Below, one piece after another: positions 27,001 through 39,000 of a DNA stretch of 64,000 nucleotides. The stretch is taken from the IMG/VR virus record IMGVR_UViG_3300002144_000089, positions 1,098 to 65,097 of that record; one strand, written 5' to 3'. Both the position numbers and the translations under genes were made by a program. This DNA comes from a virus. How positions within the stretch are numbered: position 1 is the first letter of the stretch; each line of letters begins with the position of its first letter. The notes beneath the pieces were generated by a model that was not told the origin of the DNA, made no database searches, and saw nothing but the letters and a program-made list of their open reading frames with translations.

Positions 27001-30000
27001 TACCTAAACGGAGTTCAGCTAACAAATATTAAAGATTATAACTTTGATGTAGCTGGATACGTTTCGATTGCCGCTGGCCAAGTAGAAAATGACGTAATTG
27101 AAATTCACGAGTATGCAACTACAGACGGAAGTTTCGTTGCTCCAACTCCTACTAAATTAGGGTTGTATCCTAAGTACTATCCTGAGTTAACTATTGACGA
27201 TACTGTGCTTGCAGATGAACCGGTGTCAACAGGTCCGTTTAAAGTCTACGGTGAAGATAGTACTACTGGCACTAGAGGTTGGTTCTATCCTGTTTATACA
27301 ACTAAGAGTGCAGCTGGCGCAGGAGCAGCATCAAAATCTTATACGTTTGTTGGAATGAATAAAATATTCTATATGCCAACAGTTGGCGCAACTCTTGGAG
27401 CAAATGATAACATAGAAATCAATGAATACCCAGTGGGTGTTGCTTTTATTAGAGGACACGACGGTAGTTATGTTAAAGCTTATAAAGATTTTAGAGACGA
27501 ATTATTATTAGAATTAGAAAAAAGAATTTTTAATAATATCAAAGCAAAATATTCAACCGATAGACTAGATGTCAATACATTCATTGGCGGCGAATTTAGA
27601 ACTAATGAATTTACAAAAGTTGAAGTTGATAATACGCTTCTTGGAGATTTCCAAAAGTGGTTGCAAGAAAATTTAAACAATCAAACATATACTAATAATA
27701 CATTTTATAATAGAAACAACAACTGGACATTTAATTATTCAGACACTACGTCTCCAAACGGCATTGAAAACGCAGGCTTTTGGAGAGGTGTTTATATAAG
27801 AGCATTTGATACTGATCGTCCTCACAGTCATCCTTGGGAAATGTTGGGGTTAACAACTAAGCCGAGCTGGTGGAATACTGTTTACGGTCCTGCTCCTTAT
27901 ACAGGTGATAACCTAGTATTATGGAGAGATTTAGAACAAGGACGTATTGCAGATCCTGCAAATACTAGAATTGATCTAAACTATGCTCGTCCTGGACTAA
28001 CTAGTTTTATCCCAGTTGATAGTAACGGTAAATTATTATCACCGTTGAATAGTAAATATGCTAAGAATTTCCAAATTCAAAATGCTACTAGAAACTTTAA
28101 ATTTGGCGATTACGCTCCGATTGAAAATGCATGGCGCAGAAGTCCTGAGTATCCGTTTGCTATATTAACTGCAATGTTGTTAAACAAGCCTGCAAAAACA
28201 ATGGGCTTGGGATTTGATATTTCGAGAATATCGAAGAACTTGGCTAATCAGTGGGTTGATATAGATACAAATAAACCTATAGTTATTAAAGATTTAACAT
28301 TGCCAAATACATATGAGTCAGATGTTAGAACTAACACAGCAGGTTTAGTAAACTACATTTACAATCTTGTAGCAAGTGATATTTTAACAGTATACGAAGG
28401 ATATAGAACTGAATTAGCATCAATTACTAATCAATTAGGTATTAAGATTGCTGGATTTACAAGTAAAGAAAAATTTAATATAATTCTTGACAGTAGATCG
28501 CCTACGCAATCTCAGACACAAGATGGCATATTTGTTCCTCAAGAAAATTATCAAGTTTTCTTAAACACAAGTAGTCCTAGTGAACTAGCAGTGTTTAGTG
28601 GTATTATTGCAGAACGCACTGAGTTAGGATATGTAGTAAGAGGATACAATATTGAAAAACCGTATTTTGAATACTATACAGCTAGAGAAGGATCGTCTGC
28701 TAGTACAGTAACAGTTGGTGGAATTTCTGAAAAGGTATCTCCTTGGGATTCTAATACCTCTTATCTTAGCGGCGAAGTAATACAGCATAATAATGCATAT
28801 TATAGAGTAATTAATTCTTTTACTACTAGTTTAACATTTGATACTAATAATATAGTTAAACTTCCTACATTGCCACTAAAGGGTGGAAGAACAGCGCAGT
28901 TTAAGAAAGACTTTGATACTGCTGAAATTAAAACTCTACAATACGGCAGTCGTCTTAACACTGCACAAGAAGTAGTTGATTTTATTCTAGGATATAGTGT
29001 AAGACAAAAAGAAATTGGATTTAGTTTTGAAAATGTTATTGATGGTTCAAATTCAGTTGAAAATTGGAGTCAAAGTGCAAAAGAATTTTTATTCTGGACA
29101 ACACAAGGTTGGGCAAATAGTTCTTTAATTGCACTAAGTCCTGCTGCAAACTTGTTAGAATTCCAACGAGATTATTATGTAGTTGACAACATCAAAGACG
29201 AGTTCTACGGTTATAGTATTTTTAAAGCCGACGGGCAATTCTTAGCTTCAGAATTTAACAGCCTGTTAAGAGATCAAAATAGTTTTGGTATTGAAACAGT
29301 TGGGACCGATGAAGGATTGTATCACGTATCGCTACCGCTAGTCCAAAAAGAACATGTTGTACTATTAGACAATACAACAGATTTTAATGATACAATTTAC
29401 AACCCGAGAACTGGTTACAGACAAGAAAGAGTTCGTGTCAACGGTTATAGATCAGATAATTGGAATGGTGGACTCAACATTCCGGGATTTGTTTATGATG
29501 ATGCAAGATACACTGACTGGGCGCAATGGAAAGATTATGTTATTGGTGATATTGTAAAATATAAACAATACTATTATGTTGCAACTAGCAATGTAAGCGG
29601 ATCACAGAACTTTAATTCTACATTATGGTATCGCCTAAACGAAAAACCAGTATCACAACTAATGACTAACTTTGATTACAGAGTTACACAGTTTACTGAT
29701 TTTTACGATTTAGATTCAGATAGTTTTGATATCGAACAACAAAAAATGGCACAGCATTTGATAGGTTATCAAAAGCGCCAATACCTTGCAAATATAATCA
29801 ATGACGATGTAAGCCAGTTTAAATTCTACAGAGGCGCAATTGCTGACAAAGGCACAATGAATGTGTTTACTAAATTGTTTGATGCGCTAGGTAATACAAC
29901 TGACAACTTACAGTTCTATGAAGAATGGGCAATCCAAGTCGGCCGCTTTGGCGCAGTTGATGATGTTCAACAAATAGAATATAACTTAAAACAAGATAAA

Positions 30001-33000
30001 ATGCAAGAGTCGCCTCAAGCAGTTGAACTTGTAAGTTCGTTGCCTGCAACAAACTTTGATAAAATTTATAGAATTTTACCAAACGAAGTGTTTGACAAAC
30101 CTGCAGGATATACACATGCACCGTTTCCTACTAAAACAATAACTAGCGAATATATTAGAACTGCTGGTTATACAAACGAAGATGATGTTGATTTTGTTGT
30201 TAGCAACATGATAGATTTGTCAGCAGTAGATACTAATCAAATTAAACTAGGCGACACTATTTGGATAACTGACACAGATAATAAATCGTGGACAGTAATG
30301 CAATTGGTTCGAGCAAATGTAAACGCCCTCAAAGTAAACACACTTATTCGAGAAATAGCAGACAATGGTTTAAATCTAGTTGAAATAACATTAGACAAAT
30401 GGGCAGTTGGGATACTATCGGTAGGCGACTATATTGGCGTTCGCGGAGCAACTGCATATTCAATCAATGGATTGTATGAAATTGATAATATCAATCTTAA
30501 TACTATTCAAATAAGAGTTCCATCAGGTAATGACATTTCAAATTTTGAAGAAGAAAAATTTGCAATGTCTAAGTTAAGAACTGTAAGAGTTGAAGACGTT
30601 ACTGGAATTAATGCTGCAACTAATCAAGACATTTATAGCAAACAACGTCTATGGATTGATACATATAATAGTGAATGGGCAGTATTAGAAAATAATGCAG
30701 TTTATTTAAATTCTCAAGCAATCACAAACCCATCAGAATACGATAGTACTGATCAGGGATTTAGTAACAGTGTTGCAATAACAAAAAATAATACTAATGT
30801 TTTTGTGTCAGCACCTAATGATGCCAATGGCAAAGTATCAGTGTATAGAAGAACTAGAGAATCTTCAAATCTGTTATTAGATCAAGAAATTACTATAGAA
30901 AACGACAACTTGTTTACTCGTGCTAATAGTAATTTTGGAAGAAGTGTTGCAGTATCGCCTGACGGCGAATATCTTGTTGTAGGTATTCCGCAAGCTAGTG
31001 ATGTTAACACTCGCCTATCATATAAAACAGATGCTGCTACAGGATTAAGCACATTTGATTTCCAGCCAGATGCAAACTATATTAAAAATGATATTGTACG
31101 TTATAGAGAGAGCTTGTGGAAAACAAATAGAGCAATTCTTCCACAAATAGCCAACCAACCATTTAGTACGTTTGATACATATGTAAACATTGCTAGTGCA
31201 GCAGATGCTGACAGCACCACTCTAAACTTATTAGTTACTGGCGACCCGGGGTTACCAAACAACACAGTTAGTCATTTATTAGTACGTGCTCCTGAAGACA
31301 TGTATATTGGTACAACTGCAGGCGATACTGTAAACTTGTACTGGAATAGACGTAGTTTTGCATATCCAACACTAGATAACTACCTTCCATTTGCTGGAGT
31401 AATTCCTCAAATTACAATAGATTTTATAAGCCAAGATCATACCATTATTGAAAAAATTGACCATGTATTTTTTGTTGATACTTTTGTGACATTGCCAACT
31501 GTAGGTGCTACTGTAACAACCGATAGTGGCAGTGCAACAGTAGCATATGTTGGCAATCGCAGAGATAGTGCAGTAATTTATGTTAAAAATACTAATGGTG
31601 TTTTTGATATTACTGGAGAATTGTTTATTGAAGAGCTAGACTTTGTGGGATTTTATACCGAAGAGTCGACATACAGCACAACTGATGCAGTAGGCGGCTT
31701 TTGGATGATTGCTGCGCCTGCATATTTAAACAATAGCACCTATTATGATACAGCCCGCGGCTTAGTTTATGCAGACGTTAGATTACAAGGATCTGCAAGA
31801 AGTCTCAACGAATATTATAACATTCAAGACACTGTAGGTACAATTGGAATTTATGTAACTAACAAGAATCAAGCAAGCTATATTGAACAGTTATCATATC
31901 GCGGCGATCCAGCTAACCAAGATGCTGCTGACGGAGTTGAGAGAGATCTTCCTAGCAATAAATGGGTAGCACGAGCAGGAAAATTGTTTACTGATAATTT
32001 AACTATTGGAAATACTACTCAGTTTAGATTGTATGATCTTGACAATAGAACTATTGACGTTGCTAGTGCGGGATTTACTTACGATATTTTTAACAAACAA
32101 CAAACAATTGTTGATTTATGGGACGGATATATTGACTTTACACTAAGTGAATTTGACTTCCAAGGATTTGCATACGAACCACAAGTTGGCGACGTCCTTG
32201 AAGATGTACAAATTCCTAGAGACGGCCAAGGCGGCTTAGCTCTAACTACTATTACAACTAGTAGTGCTGAAGTAATGTTCATGCAACGTAACTTTACCAG
32301 CGTTAGAGTTTATGTAAAGATTGTTCCAAATTTAAACGGCACTACCGGTACTTGGACACAACAATCAAATATTGGCCGATTCCAGTTGCGCAGAAGAGCC
32401 AACCCAAGTTTAAGATCTGGCGATGTTGCTCGTACAATTGGTACAGTGACAGACATTAATAATAGTATTGTACTAGGTACATCTTTAATTGGTAAGCTAG
32501 TAGTATTTGAACACACTAGCACGTTTGATATTGTTTCTAATCCAACTATTGTTGACGAAGAATATTGGTTCTTTGACGAAACAATAGAGTCAGGAATTCA
32601 AAGATTACCAAATCCTCCGTACAGCTTAAATAAAGACTATACACAAATCTATAATATTCCTGCAGAAAAAACAGGATCTAGTTCTTCAATGGAAAACGAA
32701 GGTGCTATTGCTATCTATAGAAAATTGCGTGACGGTACTTATAGATTCCAAACTGTATTTGTATCAGAATATAGAGCAGCAAATAGAAACTTTGGTTCTA
32801 AAGTTGCAATAGTACAAACTGGCAACTACTACACACTACTAGTTGCTAGTGATAGTATTGCTAGTGCCGGCGAAACTGATAGTACTGGCAGAAGAGTACA
32901 ACCTGGTGCAATTGAAATATTCCGCCATGGAACAAAAGCAACTGACAGCTTTAAGGGTGAATATCAATTAATAGCATACTCAGTGGGCGACATTGTAATA

Positions 33001-36000
33001 TACAAAGACGATTATTATATTGCACTTAAAAATACAACTGCTGACCAAAATGTTATAATTGATCCGATTTATTGGAATAAAATTAGCTGGAAACACGGTA
33101 AAGATTCAAACTTCCGCGGCGCATTTGACAGCACTTACACCTATAAAAAGGATAACATTGTTGTACACGACAATGTATTGTGGAAAGCACTAACAAATAT
33201 TGCAGTAGGCGCAGCAATTCCTAGTGTTTTAAATAACTCTTGGATAGAAGTTACCACAGATGTAGATTATTTAGGATACTTGCCAAACTTAACTGCAAAT
33301 GCATTTTATGATGAAGCAGTATTTGATCCTATTGAAAACATATTAGAATTTAGCAAGAGCTTTGACATCAGCGATGATGCTCAAGTATTAGTTGTAACAA
33401 GTACACAGACTGATACGTCTAGTACAACAAATACAAAACTTGCAATCTATCGTGCAATTGAAGATAAATTTGTATTAGATCAAGTAATTGCTGCTCCTAC
33501 TGATGTAGACGCCTGGGGCGACAAAGTTAGCATGAATCCAGTAGGAACACAAATTGCTGTAAGTTCAATGCTAAACGATTCTAACAAAGTTAATCAAGGT
33601 GTTGTATATGTTTATACACAAACAGCTGGAACATTTACTTTAACACAGACACTAACGCCGCCAAATAATGAAGAAAGCGAAGGCTTTGGCTTTGGTCTAT
33701 CTTACGGCACTGATAACTTAGTAGTATCGAGCTTAAATGGTGATCAGACAATACCAACTACGTTTGACGTTACAGTGTTTAGTGCTACAGAAGATACTGC
33801 AACAACATTTGATAACGAGTTTACAAACTTTAGAAATATTAAACTTGACAAGGGTGTGGTATACGTTTATGAAAATATTAACAATAACTTAATATATTCA
33901 GAGCAATTTGTTTATCCATTAACACAAACTACGTTTGGTGAGAACATCTATACTAATAACAATCATGTATATATTGGTATGCCAGATCAAGTTGACGGCG
34001 ATAGCAAAGGTATGCTGCTTGACTTTAGAAAAAATGAACGCACATTTGCATGGGGTGTTATTAGCGAAGGTATTACTCCAGTAGACGTTGAGAACATGCG
34101 CGGCATGTTCTTGTATAACAAGCGTGAAAATCGTATTGTAAGTTATATCGATTACATTGACCCAGTACAGGGCAAAATTGCAGGACCAGCAGATCAAGAA
34201 ATTACATTTAAAACACCATTTGATCCAGCAGTATATAACACAGGAAATACTTCAGATAGCTCAGTTGATCCTAACAGAGCATGGACAGAAAAACACGTAG
34301 GACAAGTTTGGTGGAATATATCAAGTGCTAAATTTGAACACGCATACCAAGGATCGACAACATTCCAAAAAAATAACTGGAACAAGCTAGCCGCTGGCGC
34401 AAGAATTGATGTATTTGAGTGGGTTGAAAGTAACTTCATTCCAAGTATATGGGATAGTATTGCCGATACTCCTGACGGAATAGCTGCCGGAATTAGTGGT
34501 ATTAGTTTGTTCGGCGATGCTAGATACTCAACTAAAATAATATATGATAATATTAGTAAAACGTTTGCTAACAGATATTATTTCTGGGTAGTTAACAAAG
34601 TTACTGTTCCAGTAATGGAAAACAGAAAACTAAGCATTAGAGATATTGCAGCACTAATTGAAAATCCAAGAACACAAGGGTATCCATTTGTAAGCTTACT
34701 TTCTAATAGCAAGTTTGTTCTTAATAACTTTGATACACTTATCAATAGTGACGATTTAGTATTAAATATAAAATATTCTACAGGTCCTAAACGATCACAA
34801 AATGTACATAGCCAGTACAAATTAATATCAGATGGTTTAAGTACAAGTAGACCAGATCCTGATATTGAACGTAAATGGTTTGACAGTTTAATTGGTTTTG
34901 ACGACAATAATAGAATTGTTCCAGATCCTAGTATTACTATAAAAAATCGTTATGGTGTCCAAAATCGTCCAAGACAAAGTATGTTTGTTAATAGATTTGA
35001 AGCATTAAAACAAACTATTGAAAGAATAAACTTAAAGTTAGCAGAAAATCTTATAGTCGACGAATATGATATTTCGTCATTAACACAACAAGATACTAAG
35101 CCTACTTTAATATCTCAAGATTATGATTTAGCAGTAGATACTTTAGCTGAACTTGTATTTGTAAGTACAAATAAAATTACACCTGCGGTATTAACGCCAA
35201 TAATTACTAATGGTCGAATTTCTAGAATTAATATTACTAATGCAGGCAGAGGTTATAAAGTGGCCCCTAGCTTTAAAATTAATGGCAAAGGAACTGATGC
35301 AGAGTTTAATGTTACTATTAATAACTTAGGTCAAATTACTTCGGTTAAAATTACTAACGCCGGTAAGGGGTACGATGCAACCACTAACATTACAGTTAGA
35401 CCATTTACAGTTTTAGTTAATGCTGACGAAAGTATACAAGACAAATGGGCATTATATTCTTGGAACGGAAGTGCTTGGTACAGAAGAAAACTACAAAGTT
35501 ATAATGTTGATTTGTTTTGGGATTATATAGACTGGTATGCCCCTGGATTTAATCAGTTTACAAATATTAATAATACAATTTTAGGATCTTATCAGTTACC
35601 TAGTTTAGATAATAATATAGGTAACATTGTAAAAATTGAAACAGTTGGATCTGGCGGTTGGTTATTACTACAAAAAGTGGACGATCAGGATACTGAAGAT
35701 TATACAATTAACTATAATACTATTGGTCGCCAAAACGGCACAATACAGTTTAAAGATACGCTGTATGATTATGGCAAAAATACTGTAGGTTTTGACAATC
35801 GCAGTTTTGATAGTAATTTTTACGATAACAATCCGAGTGTTGAGTTAAGAATTATACTTGAAACTATTAGAGATAATATATTTGTAGGTGATTTAGAAAT
35901 TGAGTATAATCAATTGTTTATGGCTGCATTGCGTTATGTAATGTCAGAACAACAATCAGTTGATTGGATGTTTAAAACTAGTTTTATAAAAGCAAAGCAT

Positions 36001-39000
36001 AATAGAGAATCATTAAATACAAAAGATATAACATTTAATAATGAAAACTTAGCAAGCTATCAAGACTTTGTTGACGAATTTAAACCTTATTCAACAAAGG
36101 TACGAGAGTTTGTTAGCGAATATACATCATTAGAACCTACAAATAGTAGCATTAGCGACTTTGACTTGTCTCCTGTTTACAATAAAACTACAGGAACTAT
36201 TCAGCCAAGTAACGCAATTGTTGTCAACGGTGTAGTTACGAATGAAAATCTTGATACTACTACATATCCACGTAAAAATTGGAAGGATAATCACGGTTAT
36301 CAAGTAACTGAAATTAAGTTAGGCAGCAGCGGCAGCGGCTATACGTTCGAACCTATTGTTAAATTAGTAGGCGGCAACGGCACTGGCGCAACAGCAAAGG
36401 CGTATTTAGGTTACGGCAACATCACTAGTATTAAAGTTACTAATCCGGGAAATGGTTATACAAGTGCTCCTACAGTTGTTATAACAGGATCACAGTTAGA
36501 TACTGGAACAGCTCCGGCAGCAACAGCAGTACTAGGCAACGGCGTTGTAAGAACTCCGCGTGTTAAGATTAAGTTTGACAGAATTTCTGGAACATTTACA
36601 TTTACGTCTTTAGCTAAAACTGAAACATTTACAGGTACTGGATTTGAGTCACGTTTCTTCTTAGAATGGCCAATGGATCTTGATGTTAAGAAAGTAAAAG
36701 TATATGTAGATAATATTTTACAGTTGCGTAGTAAGTACACATTTGAAAATATTGAAAATACAGATAAGACTTATATTAGAGAACAAGGCAAGGTATTATT
36801 TACTACTCCGCCTAAGCCAAATGCAGTTCTCCGTATAGAATACAATATTCCGTTAAGCATGTTAAATGCGGCAGATAGAATCAATTTAGCGTACAATCCA
36901 ATTGCAGGAATGTATGGTAAAGAACTAGCGCAGCTAATGACAGGCATTGACTACGGCGGAGTTGAAGTCCGTAGCTTTGGCTTTACTGGCGCCGCGGGAT
37001 TTGATACTGCTCCTTGGTATACTGATAACTGGGATGAGTTTGATAACACATTTGAAGATGAAGTATTTACAGCAGACGGCTCAACAATTGCAGTACCGTT
37101 AAGTGCAGCTTTAGAAACTGGCGTTGTTTATAACCTTTATAAAAACGGTGTAAGAATTGATGATCCTAATTTTGATGCAGCTACTCCGACTAATGTAAAT
37201 GCTATTACAAACAGCATTACAGGTGACGGCACAACTGATATAATTTATGTACAAGATTTAGGCATAGAATTACTAGACGGCGATGTATTTGTTGTAAGAA
37301 AAACTACAAGTGATGGTAGTGTTATTCCTGACGCTACTAGCTATGACACTGCACTAAGCGGCGGCGACCTAGCTTATACATCAGCTCGCGGTATTGCAGC
37401 AGAAGAAATTATTGTAGACGGCGACGGATTTGTTACTCCTACAACTAGTGCCGGACCTGAAGAACTAGTACCCGGACAAATTCTTGACACACTTGATATT
37501 AAAGTTTACACAAGAGACAGTGCAGGCCAAGGCGTTATTAACAGTCAAAGCTATATTATGGATAGCACACTAACTTACAATTTAGGTGTTACTCCGAGCA
37601 GCAAAGATGCAGTTATTGTAAAAGTTGCTAACGTTATATTACCGCAAACTGATTATACCATTAACTGGGCAGCTAATACTGTAACATTAAACTCTGTAAC
37701 ACTAGGAGCAGAGCTTACTATTGTAACAGTTGCACAAGGAACTCAAAATATATTAGACTTTGGACAGCTTGTCGGTGATGGTTCAACTACTGAATTCGAA
37801 ACAACAGTTGATTGGATTGAAGGCGCAAGCGTATATGCAAGCATCAACGGTGTGCAACAAGCAGTCGTTGCATTTAAGTCAGAAACTACTACTAAAACAG
37901 TTATTAGATTTAACGAAGTAGTAGCTAACAATTCAGCAATTAATTATACTGTATTTGCAGCAGACACTGAAGTTAACTACAGTCAAATTACTAAAGATAC
38001 ATTTACTGGTAATGGAACTAATGCAGCGTTTACATTAGCAAATGCACCATTGTATGCTATTCCGTCAGAACATAATGTAATTGTTAAAGTAGACAACACT
38101 ATTCTAAATGCAGGATATAATATACAATATACAATTCCTGAAAATAATCAACGTGAATATCCATTAGAAATATTCCAGATGCCGCAAGGTAGTTTGGATG
38201 TTGAAGATGTTAAGGTATTCTTAAACGGAGTTGAAATTACAACTCCTACACAATGGCGTTTTGAAATTGCTAATAGTAGTATTACACTGTCGGACGAAAT
38301 TGGTGTACCGGGCGACTTAGTTGAAATGTATGTAATTACAGACGGCGATTATAGAATTTCTGGAACTACAGTTACTTTAGATACTGCACCTGTTAACGGA
38401 GCAGTTGTCGAAGTGATACAATTTACAAATCACGACTTGTTAGGTATTGAACGTATCAATTACGATGTAGTGTCAAGAACTACACTAATACCAGAAGATG
38501 TAGATTATATTACCTACAACAGACTAACAGTTGGAGAAATTACGCTACGTGCGCCAGCAGTTGATGCACAGTACGTTTGGGTAAGTGTAAACGGTGAGTT
38601 ACTATCACCTAGTGTAGATTACTATGTCACAGATGACAAGTTAAAAGTGCAATTAGTTAGACAGCCAGCAGCAAATGATGTTATAGATATTGTTCACTTT
38701 ACTGCACCTGTAATTACTCCTAAATTTGCATACAGACAGTTTAAAGATATGCTAAACAGAACACATTTTAAGAGACTTGATACTGCACCTGCTAAACTAG
38801 CACAAGCATTAAACTATTACGATTTAAGAATCGAGTTAGATAATGCAAGTAGTTTGTCAGAACCAAACAAGGGACAAAATTTACCAGGCGTAATTTTTAT
38901 CGAAGGCGAACGAATTGAATACTTTGTAAAAGAAGGCAATACTCTGCGCCAACTACGTAGAGGTACGCTAGGAACTGGCGTTAAAAACACATATGCAATT